DNA of 63,980 bases, the filler included, from Octopus bimaculoides (lineage: Eukaryota), in assembly GCF_001194135.2 (NCBI RefSeq). It is 7 parts of 6 records of this genome, joined end to end, with 100 filler letters (N's around TTAATTAATTAA, not from the genome) between each part and the next. Parts side by side here need not be neighbours in the genome. Positions count along the whole stretch, not along the records: positions 1 to 13,216 come from NC_068982.1; positions 13,317 to 31,251 come from NC_068987.1; 5 more parts are not named here. One strand, given 5' to 3'. The notes beneath the pieces were generated by a model that was given only the letters and a program-made list of their open reading frames with translations, did not search any database and was not told where the DNA came from. The position numbers were made by a program, and so were the translations under genes. Of this stretch, positions 12,092 to 23,744 are shown in pieces. Each line of letters starts with the position of its first letter. Positions within the stretch are counted from its first letter, which is position 1.

Positions 12092-12103
12092 AGCTATTTC
12101 GGC
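12092..12103 (+). promoter_or_regulatory. Non-canonical PBS candidate: exact complement of tRNA-Phe nt 1-12
   Basis: AGCTATTTCGGC directly abuts the LTR end and is the reverse complement of GCCGAAATAGCT, the 5' end of metazoan tRNA-Phe(GAA). No TGG-type PBS is present between the LTR and gag. Confidence 0.65.
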
Positions 12104-12132
12104 CCATAAGAAAAAAAAAAAAAAAAAAAATT

Positions 12133-12891
12133 ATGAGTGTAGTCAGGATTGCTAGTGACATAATTAAGCCGTTTTGCGGCGACACGGACGTAGTCGCATA
12201 GCTAAAGAAGATGAAGCTAGTCGCGAAGCTCCAGGGAATATGCGACTTGGCAAGTTTTCTACTGCTCTACTTAGATGGTCCGGCGTTGGCGCTATTTTTA
12301 GAGATGGAAGAGAGAGACCAAGTTAGCGTGGAGAAGATAGAAATCTGCTTGATGGAGGCCTTCGCAGAAGGGATGTTCGAGGCGTACGCTCGCCTGGGCA
12401 GAGCGAGGTGGACCGGCGAACAGGTTGACGTGTTTGCCAACAAACTTAGGAGGTTGGCTAGACTGGTGGGGTACGAGGGAGAATCGCTGGATCAAACGGT
12501 AAAGTTGGTGTTTGTGACTGGGTTTCCTGACCACCTGTCGGTCGAATTGCAGAAACTGCCGGACGTGAGTACCATGCCCATGGCGGATATAATATCGAGA
12601 GCTCGTATGTTAGTTTCCTGTCGTAGGTCGTCACCGCTGGTAGCAGCGGCGACAGCAAAAGGTGGCTGGCCAAGGAGTGGCGGAGAGGGGTCGAACAAGG
12701 AACATGCGCGTCCGTTCAAAGGTCAGTGTTTCCGGTGTCAGGGCCCGCACATGGTGCGAGACTGTAAGTTACCTAAGCCTGAGGTCATCTGCTACCGTTG
12801 TCGTGAAACGGGGCATATAGCCACCGAATGTCTGCAGGGAAACGGTCTAAGGGAGACTACTGCGCCAGCGGTCTCCCTTTCAGATCATTAA
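12133..12891 (+). pseudogene. gag: Gypsy Gag with two zinc knuckles; one premature stop
   Basis: ATG at 12133 (MSVVRIASDIIKPFCGDTDVVA*LKKMKLVAKLQG...). TAG at 12199-12201 is probably a mutated TGG. Knuckles CFRCQGPHMVRDC and CYRCRETGHIATEC. Confidence 0.88.
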
Positions 12892-12898
12892 TGGCGCA
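12837..12898 (+). promoter_or_regulatory. -1 programmed ribosomal frameshift signal: G GGA AAC plus H-type pseudoknot
   Basis: Heptamer GGGAAAC at 12837-12843 in the gag frame, 5-nt spacer, stem 1 AAGGGAGAC/GTCTCCCTT (12849-57/12871-79), stem 2 TGCGCCA/TGGCGCA (12861-67/12892-98). The protease ORF is in the -1 frame. Confidence 0.85.
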
Positions 12899-13216
12899 AA
12901 TTTTTCTACCCGTTGTTGATGTGCTAGTGGATGGGAAGATGTCACGTACCCTTGTGGACACGGGCTGTACAACGACCCTGATGACTCCGGGAGTGGTAGA
13001 GACATGGAGTGGAGAAAGCAGTGTGAGGGCAGTCGACGGAAGAGAGGTACGCTGTGAAGGCATTATTGAGGTGCAGGGAGCAAAGCTGACGCTGCAAGCA
13101 ATTGTAGTTGGCCGCTTGGTGGATGAGATTGACGTGGTGTTGGGGATGGACGCCATCAACCGTCTTGGTGGTGTTAGGATTGCAGGAGATGAGGTCACGT
13201 TCGGAAGCGTGGGGGC
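12840..13216 (+). CDS. Retrotransposon aspartic protease (start of pol), truncated by gap
   Basis: LPVVDVLVDGKMSRTLVDTGCTTTLM...IDVVLGMDAINRLGG contains the DTG catalytic motif and the distal xLGxD motif. Confidence 0.85.
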
Positions 13217-13260
13217 NNNNNNNNNNNNNNNNNNNNNNNNNNNNNNNNNNNNNNNNNNNN

Positions 13261-13272
13261 TTAATTAATTAA
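13261..13272. other. Artificial scaffolding linker TTAATTAATTAA (also 31296, 47050, 53997, 61451, 62613)
   Basis: Identical 12-mer, with stops in all six frames, centred in N44-linker-N44 100-bp gaps six times. Confidence 0.95.
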
Positions 13273-13316
13273 NNNNNNNNNNNNNNNNNNNNNNNNNNNN
13301 NNNNNNNNNNNNNNNN

Positions 13317-13409
13317 TTCTGCTTTGTTTTCGCCCCCCTCGAAAAGAAAAACTCTACATTTGTATTTTGTCCCCTCTGTGTTGAGCCCTGTGTGGCTAAT
13401 AAAGAAACA

Positions 13410-13474
<65 letters not shown>
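13317..13474 (+). repeat. 3'-end-like repeat with AATAAA followed by a (TATC)n tail
   Basis: ...gagccctgtgtggctAATAAAgaaacat followed by ~15 TATC units; probably the tail of a non-LTR element. Confidence 0.45.
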
Positions 13475-13476
<2 letters not shown>

Positions 13477-13657
13477 TATTAAATGTATATATGCACACTC
13501 AGGCATACAGACACACTCACACAGGCTAAAGGCGGGGATTGACACATTCTTTAACGACAGGGAAACAATAAATATAGAAATTAACGAAAGACGCTAACAT
13601 ATTCACAAGCATATAAACAAGTGAGAGCAAGTTATACACATATAAACAAGACTCGCA

Positions 13658-13720
<63 letters not shown>

Positions 13721-14003
13721 TTTTACATACATGAACATGCGCATACACGCATATTGTATATACATACATAAATATAAGCATGTACGCATATTCATGCACA
13801 TGCATGTAAATATATATATGTAAACGTATATACTTGTGCATATAAATACACATATATACAAGCACACATACATATGTATATATGTGTGTGTGTATATTTG
13901 TGTGTGTGTTTGTGTGTGTGCTTGTGAGTGTAAAACAAATGTGTATATATGTGTGCGTGTGTGTATGCATGTGTTTGTGCATTTATAAATGCATGTATGC
14001 TTC

Positions 14004-14044
<41 letters not shown>

Positions 14045-14880
14045 TATGTATATATANNNNNNNNNNNNNNNNNNNNNNNNNNNNNNNNNNNNNNNNNNNN
14101 NNNNNNNNNNNNNNNNNNNNNNNNNNNNNNNNNNNNNNNNNNNNNNNNNNNNNNNNNNNNNNNNNNNNNNNNNNNNNNNNNNNNNNNNNNNNNNNNNNNN
14201 NNNNNNNNNNNNNNNNNNNNNNNNNNNNNNNNNNNNNNNNNNNNNNNNNNNNNNNNNNNNNNNNNNNNNNNNNNNNNNNNNNNNNNNNNNNNNNNNNNNN
14301 NNNNNNNNNNNNNNNNNNNNNNNNNNNNNNNNNNNNNNNNNNNNNNNNNNNNNNNNNNNNNNNNNNNNNNNNNNNNNNNNNNNNNNNNNNNNNNNNNNNN
14401 NNNNNNNNNNNNNNNNNNNNNNNNNNNNNNNNNNNNNNNNNNNNNNNNNNNNNNNNNNNNNNNNNNNNNNNNNNNNNNNNNNNNNNNNNNNNNNNNNNNN
14501 NNNNNNNNNNNNNNNNNNNNNNNNNNNNNNNNNNNNNNNNNNNNNNNNNNNNNNNNNNNNNNNNNNNNNNNNNNNNNNNNNNNNNNNNNNNNNNNNNNNN
14601 NNNNNNNNNNNNNNNNNNNNNNNNNNNNNNNNNNNNNNNNNNNNNNNNNNNNNNNNNNNNNNNNNNNNNNNNNNNNNNNNNNNNNNNNNNNNNNNNNNNN
14701 NNNNNNNNNNNNNNNNNNNNNNNNNNNNNNNNNNNNNNNNNNNNNNNNNNNNNNNNNNNNNNNNNNNNNNNNNNNNNNNNNNNNNNNNNNNNNNNNNNNN
14801 NNNNNNNNNNNNNNNNNNNNNNNNNNNNNNNNNNNNNNNNNNNNNNNNNNNNNNNNNNNNNNNNNNNNNNNNNNNNNNNN

Positions 14881-15715
14881 AATTTTTGTTTATTTTCAGA
14901 TCATTAAAATGGAATGTTAAATTAAGAAAAACGAGCATTTTTGACACCTCCTTTTTGCTTTTAATCAAGGTTCTAAGGCTGCAAAAGCTGCTTGTGACAT
15001 TTGTGCTGCGTATGGAGAGGGTGTCATAGCTGAAAGAACCACTAATGATTGGTATGCAAAGTTTAAAAATGGAAATTTTGGCCTCAAAGACGCACCTCGT
15101 TCTGGCCGTCCAGTTGAGTTCGATGAAGGGCGATTAAACCAACTTTGCACGAAAATTCTCGTCAGACGACAAGGGAACTGGCAGAGAAAATGGAATGCTT
15201 CTACACTGCTATAGAGAAGCATCTTCACTCGTGGGGCAAGGTTAAAAGTATGGAGCATGGATTCCGCATGCTTTAAGTGACAACAACAAAAATCAACGAG
15301 CCACAATCTCTGCTGGTTTGCTTGCTCGTCACCGCTCAACTTATGGACACAAACAACGATTTCTTTACCGAATCGTTAGTGGCGACGACAAATAGTGCCT
15401 GTACATCATTATGAAGCAGCATAAGAAATGGCTTAGCCCCGGTAAACAAGCGACATCGCGCGTGAAACAAGATCTTCATCCGCGCAAAACGATGCTGTGC
15501 ATATGATAGGACTGGGAAGGGATTATCCATTACGNNNNNNNNNNGAAATCGGGTGATTTCTACCAACGAGGTATTGAAAATCTTGTTGGGAAGAAGTTGT
15601 AAACAACAAGGGTAAATACATTATTGATTAATTAGTTGTTATTTTTTGTTATTAAACCTTTTAAATAATTTAAATTAAAAAAAAAAACGGCAGGGACTTA
15701 GTTGCCAACCCAATA
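14881..15715 (+). mobile_element. mariner-family transposon remnant
   Basis: MEC*IKKNEHF..FAFNQGSKAAKAACDICAAYGEG..WYAKFKNGNFGLKDAPRSGRPVEFDE..PHALS..VSGDDK*CLY..FYQRGIENL. Right TIR ...acttagttgccaacccaa plus TA at 15714-15715. Stops and frameshifts; a small gap covers the catalytic middle. Confidence 0.9.
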
Positions 15716-16316
15716 CATATGTAAATACATATGTGTATATGTATATGTATATGTATATATGTATGTATATATACATACATATATAATTCATTTTGAATTC
15801 ACACTATTGTCTTCAAATTACAACTACAAGCTTACACAATCGATTTTCCGATGAGTGATAATTTCGGACTCCTTTTAATCTTGATATAATTTTGTTAAAA
15901 TACTTAAATTTCCCGCGTGGGAAATTTGAGTATTCTCACAGGATATGTGAATTAATAACTCTTTTCACTATGCAGCCTTCACGCATGTTTATGTACTTGT
16001 AATACATCATGAAGGCGGAAACACTATCGCTACCTCTGATACTATATAAATGAAAATGCTTATAATAAAATCCAATATCACGTGCCAACCCTCTAAGGAC
16101 AATCTGTGAAATGAAAGATAATAGATAACTTGACTTTATTGCTGAGAAAACAATATCCTTCAGAGTTAGGTTTCAAGAAAGGGTCCACGGAGATGGAGGT
16201 GAGGGACCAGTGGCTAGGAGATTAGTGGGTGGCTTTAAATCATGCTTTAAATATTTACACCTTCAAATTATTATAGTTCACGAGTTAGAAGAATGTTTCC
16301 AATATTATATAATATT

Positions 16317-16747
16317 GAAGGCAGCGCACTGGCAGAATCGTTAGCACACCGAGCGAAATGCTTAGCGGTATTTCGTCTGTCTTTACGTTCTGAATTCAAA
16401 TTCCACCGAGGTCGACTTTGCCTTTCATCCTTTCGGGGTCGATAAATTAAGTACCAATTGCGTACTGGGGTCGATCTAATCGACTGGCCCCCTCCCTCAA
16501 ATTTCGGGCCTTGTGCCTAGAGTAGAAAAGAATATTATAAAATATTTTGGCGGCGACCTGGCAGAGTCGTTAGCACGCCGGGAACAATGCTTAGCGGCAT
16601 TTCATCTGTCTTTACATTCTGAGTTCAAATTCTACTGAGGTCGACTTAGCCTGTCGTCCTGTGGGGTCGATAAAATAAGTACCAGTTGAGCACTGGGGTC
16701 GATATAACTAACCCGAAATTGCTGGCCTTGGACCAAAATTTGAAACC
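16317..16747 (+). mobile_element. Two head-to-tail copies of SINE family D (16317-16530, 16547-16747)
   Basis: Both read (gaa)ggcggcga.ctggcagaatcgttagcac.ccg..aatgcttagcgg..gagttcaaattc..ccgaggtcgact..gcct.tcatcct..ggggtcgataaa.taagtacc, with a tRNA-like B-box (gagttcaaattc). The central block resembles Deu/Nin-type SINE domains (inference). Confidence 0.85.
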
Positions 16748-16803
16748 AGTATTATAACATATTTTCTAGTGAGTAAACAAAAGGTGTGTTGTGAAGGTTT
16801 ATT

Positions 16804-16840
<37 letters not shown>

Positions 16841-17916
16841 ATGAACAACGTGCAGAAGTCTTCTAGGAATTAGTCCCTGAATTATCATTACGTGCCTTTG
16901 GTTTATCGAGGAAAATAGTAAATTGGGTTTGAAATCGAAAGTGTTAGAAAATCAGTGATGTACCTGTATCATCTGCTTGCGAGATTCCCTTATGTATTTT
17001 AATCCAATGCAATTCATTCCCATAATCTCTTATCAGTTGATACCAAATGCTCATTGAATCCTACATTCGTTAAATTATCAAACAACTCAGAGGAAGGAGA
17101 TGGGTATTTCTCACTTGACGGTTATTTCTCACTTATTTGCTAAGATCACTAGCATGGAAAAGTACCAGCTTATTAAACAAGCTCCAACTACTCAAAGAGT
17201 TATTTATTTGGGAGAGGTGGGGGCCTCTATATTATCATTTCATCTGAGCTTTCGAAATAGTAGATAAGTTACCTGATACTAGAATTCTAATTCACGAGTC
17301 CGGTACCAGTTGGAGAGGCGCTAATGGTAGTGCTGATGGTGTGTTAGTGGTGATGGTAATAACGATGGTGGTGGTGGTAAGAGCAGTGACGGTGATGGTA
17401 ATTATGGTGGCTGTAATAGTAGTGATGACAGTGAAGGGGATGGTGATGGTTGTGGTGAAGTAGTGATAGTGATGATGGTTGTGCTAATGATGGTGATGAC
17501 TGTGGCGATGGTGGTGATGGCTGTGGTCACGGTGGTGATGGTTATGGGAATGATGGCGGTAATAGTATTTTTATTGTTATTTTTAGTCCCATGGTAAGGC
17601 CCAGTTGAGCAGATACCTGATCAAAGACATTCCAAATTTGAGAATTCCACTATTCTAGGTGTATCTATGAATCTTTGACTATATTCCATTGTTTCCTTCC
17701 TTTAATTTCAGACGATATGGGGTGATTTGAGTGAGCTTGGCTATTATTTCTGCCCATGATATTCAAGGTGGTGGAGGGCATTGTTTAAGTTTGAGTTAAG
17801 AAACAACTAAGTACCCTTCCTAGGACTCTTTGTGAAATTTTATGTCGATCAAGGATAGCCAGTATACATGTCAGTAGAGATAGACAGAAGAGTATGTAAT
17901 TTGGGGGTAATATTAG

Positions 17917-18358
17917 TTTCAAATGTTGGCACAAGGGTAGGAATTTTGGGAGGGAATTAAGTCGATTACGTGGACCCCAGTACTCAACGGGTACTTATTT
18001 CATGAACCTCCAAAGGGATGGAGATTAAAGTAGACCTCTGCAGAATTTGAACTCAGAACCTGTAAACGGACGAAATGCTGCAAAGCATTTTGCCTGGAGT
18101 GCTAACGATTATACCAGCTCACCACTTTGTATATTAGGGTAATACTGGTTTCAAATTTTGGCACAAGGCAGTAATTTTGGGGAAGGGGTTAAGTCGATTA
18201 CATCGACCCCAATGCTCAGCTGGAACTTATTTTATCAACCTCGAAAGGAATGAAAGATAAAGCAGATTTGGGCGGAATTTGAACTAAGAACGTAAAGACG
18301 GATGAAATCCGTTAAGAATTTTTCCCGGTGTGCTAATGATTCTGCCAGCTCGCCGCCA
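17917..18358 (-). mobile_element. Two head-to-tail copies of SINE family D on the minus strand (~17917-18125, ~18147-18358)
   Basis: Reverse complements of the 16317 family (gtttcaaattttggcacaagg..cgaccccag..aatttgaact.agaacgtaaa..gctaacgattctgccagctc). Confidence 0.85.
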
Positions 18359-19082
18359 TGTATGTTGGGGATAATATTGAAGGTCTGTTATCGGCTAATA
18401 AAATACAGTTCTTTTAAGCGATTCTCCACAAATTTGTAGACTGAGCATCCATACATGAAATCACCCTCCATTTATCCTGGTTGCTGGTCATTTCATGTCT
18501 AAATTTTATTTGGTAGTTGATCTCATGAGTTGTCAATCTGTTGAAAGTGTTTTTAATTTCGGAGTTTTCCTCCCATCTAGCTAAACAACTCCTGACGGAA
18601 GTGTTGCCATTTTTTTTCTCCCAGTGACAAGAAATAAGATTTGAACTTAGGATACATAGAACCGGATCATGCTCCACAAAAAATCCCGTCCGAAGCTTTA
18701 ATAATTCCCTCAACTCATCACCATCGTACATATACGTTGTCAACTCAAAAAGAATGAAAGCCAAGGTTGACCTCTGCAGGACACGAAATCGGAATACTTA
18801 GAGTCAGAAGACTAAGCGTTCTGAGTTTGAATTCCAATCCTGCCAAAGTGATGTTTGTCTTTCATCCTTTCAGGGTCGACGAAAAATAGTACCTGTCCAT
18901 GGCAGTGATAAATTGTTGGTAGTGTTAGCGCGTCGGCTAGGATGTCTTATGGTATTTATTTCAGCTTTGGGCATTCTTAGTTGAAATCCTGTCCAACCAA
19001 CGTTTTCTAAAAACCAATGAAAACATAGCTTCCTTTATCGGAATGGAAGAACGCTTACCACCACCATCACAATATGTGTATA

Positions 19083-19141
<59 letters not shown>

Positions 19142-20271
19142 TGTTGCGTGCGTATGCATGTGCGGTGGTGGTGGTGGTGGTGGTGGTGGTGTGTGTGAAT
19201 GCAGATACTTTTATTTAATTACATTTCCTTTTTCCTGATTCAGTAAGTTTGCATTTCTGCAGCAATAAAAAGTGTCACAAAATATTAAAAAATTTTTTTT
19301 TCTCAAACCCATAAATATTTTTATTGCAGTCGTTCTGCATGTAATTGCAGTAAGTTGGTTTTCTCTACAGAATTTCAACAGCTGAGTATGAGAGCTACAG
19401 ACAGAGCCACTGACCTTGTATATAATTATTCTACCACCTGAGGTGTGAGTAATTCGTATCGGCTTTCCTGCACTGCGCGGTGTCAATGGCCAAAAGTCGC
19501 ACTGGATTGGCTCCCTTAATTGTTGTGACATTCTATATTTAGAAATAGATATTTGCATGACAGTGAGGTTAACAAGATTTCTGAGCAGCTGCATGGTTTT
19601 TGATTTGATCCTATTTCATGGGTCATTGTAGTGCATTGTGTTATTGGGTTGACCAACGAGTGGAATTTGGTTAATGGAGAGACTGTGTTGAATCTCACCG
19701 TACACAAACACACCATATATATATATATATATATANNNNNNNNNNNNNNNNNNNNNNNNNNNNNNNNNNNNNNNNNNNNNNNNNNNNNNNNNNNNNNNNN
19801 NNNNNNNNNNNNNNNNNNNNNNNNNNNNNNNNNNNNNNNNNNNNNNNNNNNNNNNNNNNNNNNNNNNNNNNNNNNNNNNNNNNNNNNNNNNNNNNNNNNN
19901 NNNNNNNNNNNNNNNNNNNNNNNNNNNNNNNNNNNNNNNNNNNNNNNNNNNNNNNNNNNNNNNNNNNNNNNNNNNNNNNNNNNNNNNNNNNNNNNNNNNN
20001 NNNNNNNNNNNNNNNNNNNNNNNNNNNNNNNNNNNNNNNNNNNNNNNNNNNNNNNNNNNNNNNNNNNNNNNNNNNNNNNNNNNNNNNNNNNNNNNNNNNN
20101 NNNNNNNNNNNNNNNNNNNNNNNNNNNNNNNNNNNNNNNAAAGTACAAACCTATATATTTATATATATTTTATACTGTGAAACTTAATTTAATTTCAATT
20201 TTTAATAAATTGATTTTAATTGAGTTTTTACCTGTAATTTTGGATTTTATCCCTAATATTATTATTATATA

Positions 20272-20306
<35 letters not shown>

Positions 20307-20312
<6 letters not shown>

Positions 20313-20990
20313 CGTCCACTCGTGATCGAGGAAGACCATTACTGACCTCCAGGAACATTGTGCCTCTAGGACTAACTTATATTTTGCATTTGCGGCTCCG
20401 TTGGTGGCTAATGAGCCCTGCTCTTGACAAACATACACGACTGCAAACATTGCTAACCAAGCATTCCCCATTCAGTACACCAGCAGTGCGCTTTCGAGCA
20501 GCGCACTTAAGTTCTTCATGCAGAATAGTGCTCTCTCAAAAGTGTCGACCCCCTCCTTAACCTGCTTTCTCCATCTATGGCGATGACAGGCATTGCTCTC
20601 CCAGTCAGTCTCCTGCATATCACAGTCCTTAAATCGCAACCTTGGTTTCTATATGGGGAACCTTCCATTCACAAGTTCCCCATGTAGCATCTGATTAGGG
20701 TTCTGCTATCCTTCATTCTTATAAGGTGTCCAGTACAACGTTACCGGTGCTTGTGCACCATCACCTTAATACTCAAGATATCAGCTGTGCTCAGGACCTG
20801 TGTGTCTGGAGTTTTTAAGTTCCAGCCAACGTTCAGAATGTGTCTGAGACATCTCTGATGAAAGTGTTCAATGACCCTTACATGACGTTTGTAAAGGTTC
20901 CATGTCTCACATGAGTAAAGGAGCGATGTCAGTACACATGCACGGTACACACTAATTTTTGTTTGCTTTGTGATACCATGCTGGGACCAT
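20307..20990 (-). mobile_element. RTE-clade LINE 3' remnant
   Basis: YRACVLTSLLYSCETWNLYKRH...HFHQRCLRHIL..W...GH..RM.DSR.P.Q.L.GEL..G...KPRLRFKD, then a C-terminal C..CSRVCLSRAGLISHQRS motif and a 3' end (cttcctcgatcacgagtggacggccatcat) running into (TA)n. Confidence 0.9.
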
Positions 20991-21361
20991 ATATANNNNN
21001 NNNNNNNNNNNNNNNNNNNNNNNNNNNNNNNNNNNNNNNNNNNNNNNNNNNNNNNNNNNNNNNNNNNNNNNNNNNNNNNNNNNNNNNNNNNNNNNNNNNN
21101 NNNNNNNNNNNNNNNNNNNNNNNNNNNNNNNNNNNNNNNNNNNNNNNNNNNNNNNNNNNNNNNNNNNNNNNNNNNNNNNNNNNNNNNNNNNNNNNNNNNN
21201 NNNNNNNNNNNNNNNNNNNNNNNNNNNNNNNNNNNNNNNNNNNNNNNNNNNNNNNNNNNNNNNNNNNNNNNNNNNNNNNNNNNNNNNNNNNNNNNNNNNN
21301 NNNNNNNNNNNNNNNNNNNNNNNNNNNNATATATGCATGTATTTGTGTGTCTGTTGATTAC

Positions 21362-21714
21362 ATAGACCCTAGTACTCGACTAGTACTTATTTTATCGACC
21401 TCGAAAGGATGAAAGGTAAAGGCAGACTAAATGTTGCTAAGCATTTTGCCGTCGTGCTAACGGTTCTGCCAGCTCCCCGCCTTACAACTTCGACTTAATA
21501 ATGGTTTAAAATTTTGCCACAAGGGCAGCCATTTTGAAGGTGGGGACAAGTTGGTTACATCGACCCCAGTGTTTCACGGGTACATAATTTATCAACCCCG
21601 AAAAGATGAAAGGCAAAGTCGACCTCGGCGGAATTTAAACTCAGAACGTAGCGACAGAAGAAATACCGCTAAGCACTTCACTCGGCGTGCTAACGATTCT
21701 GTTAGCTCGTTGCC
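21362..21714 (-). mobile_element. SINE family D pair; the second copy (21504-21714) has a 15-bp TSD
   Basis: Family D sequence on the minus strand; TTCGACTTAATAATG at 21489-21503 and 21715-21729. Confidence 0.85.
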
Positions 21715-22150
21715 TTCGACTTAATAATGATAACTCTTCTCATGGCTCAATACTTAAAATGGATTCGTAAAACCCTTGACTGGTGAGTCGTGCCTTATGT
21801 TTCCTGTGACAAACACTGCCCCTCTATTCTCTCTTCTGTACACAAGGCAATACTGTATACCTTTATGTAAACTTGATCGTTTGTAAAGGAACATTTGATG
21901 GTTCAGTTTAAAGATATAATTAGAAATGATCAGCATACATACAAACAAAGGTTTCTGTTCAGCTAAAAGAATTAGGACACAAAAATATTTTAGAAGAGAT
22001 CGGTAAGTGAACTTTAATGCCAGAAAAATAGGTCAAGTTTATATTAATATATGAGATTAATAATTGGTAGGAAATCATAAGTCGGCATTTATCAGCTGGA
22101 TAGAAATTATAAATTAAACAGAATGTAATATGCTAGTGGGAGATCATAAA

Positions 22151-22359
22151 CTCTTTAGCATTCAGATTACTCTGTCAAATGTAATACCTATTTATTTATA
22201 CTATAGTGAATTAATCATGCATTATCTTACAACTTAAAGATTTCGATGATGAGATTGTTTATTTTTAGAATGACATTGTGAGACACCAAATCTGGTCGGT
22301 GTGAATATAAAACAAGTAGAATATTTTGACCGGGTATGGCCTGTTTAAATTCTAAAGGA
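22151..22359. mobile_element. Degenerate piggyBac-like MITE
   Basis: Ends taaa-ctctttagcatt ... aattctaaaggat-tca approximate TTAA-CCCTTTAGCATT / AATGCTAAAGGG-TTAA; non-coding. Confidence 0.5.
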
Positions 22360-23744
22360 TTCATCAGTGTTGCTCTACTAGGGGAAAATTACTGTTGGAG
22401 ACACCGTCTTTAAGCGTTTTAGTCGATTACATCGATCCCAGTAACAATGTCTGGTATTAAATTTATCGCCCTTATTAAAAACAAAAGACGAAGTTGTCTC
22501 GGAACTGGTCGGACACAAATATCACGTCTTCTTTTTTTATTTTTACGAACCAAGGAATTTCGTTCATCTTCACACGCTGATATAGTCGAATTTAATTATT
22601 ATCAAACCAATAATTTGTAATATTAGATTCTCCATACTTCACAGCAATGAACCATACAGAATTAATTTACAAATTTCCAGTAGTTTACATGAGGTAAGCT
22701 TCTGTCAAGACATGACTTCGTTGCGGTCACATTTCACATACATCATACCTTTGAGGAAACATCAACGTCTCGCTTCTCATTTATCTTAAATAGAGAAAAA
22801 AACTTCCCAATTAGAAAACGAACCATCATCATTAGAGTAAAAGGTAATGTAGAGGCTTTTATTCCCAGCTGAATTCTTTTGTCCAATTCGTTTAGGTTTC
22901 TAATATCACCAGGATAAACACCATAACTCTACATTTAATTTTTTAAAAAATCTCAGGATAGATGCATACTCTCAAATAGCCACATAACTACAACTATGTG
23001 GTTGCTTAATCCCATGTAAACCCTTTTTTGTGGAGAATTAGTATCAAAACCATTCTAGCCCTGATCATCCCATCACTTTATGTATTAGGACCTCATTAGC
23101 TCCGGCTTTCTCATAAGGGAGACTATAAAGATTGCCGTGTTTAATAAAACACCATTTGTCAGTTTAAGAACCATTGTATTAGCTAAAATGCCCTTCCGTA
23201 TTTTTCTTTCTCTTATCGCTTATTCAAGGAGGGTAGCAACATCTATGACAACTTACGGGACTTTTGAGGCTTGTAGGGGAAAGAGGAAGAGAGTTATCTT
23301 TAAACCGGAGACCCAGTCCGAATGCTTTCAAAGGAGTGAACTATACTAATGGAATCCAAGAAGCATGTAATGTCTTTTGAGACGGTGCGGTGTGAATTGT
23401 AGATTTGACTGTTATTTCTAACAGAGTGATGACCGTGCTGGTATCCCCTCGTCGGCTCGTCTATGCACCTGACGAATCTGGTGATGGGCACAAAAGAGGG
23501 GCACGAAGTGAATTCAATCACCTGATTTGTGTAGTGTTTCTTTTTTAAATCGATAGACCATAGCCGTAAATCGCAAGCGAGCATGACTTAGTAGCATATA
23601 CCGTATTTTCGTTATTTGTTTTAAGGGCCTATGAGTTCGCTTATTGACAAAAAATCCTCTTCGATCTCCCATCTTTGACCTAGCAGAACATTGAGGATGT
23701 GACAGCTGAAAAGACAAGGAGCGGCACCAGTGCAAAACCGGTAT

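Larger units (their letters stand above)
11809..13216 (+). mobile_element. Young Gypsy LTR retrotransposon, 5' part (LTR, gag, protease), cut by an assembly join
   Basis: Putative 5' LTR 11809-12091 bounded by the perfect inverted ends TGTGGTG...CACCACA, followed by gag and protease ORFs. 3' part absent, so the LTR boundary is not confirmed by a second LTR. Confidence 0.88.

Noticed and set aside
13526-14968. Long ORFs (300-480 aa) here and at 27587-28494, 39120-40322, 47954-49090 and 57539-58770
   Set aside because: They stay open only because of N runs and TA/CA microsatellites.
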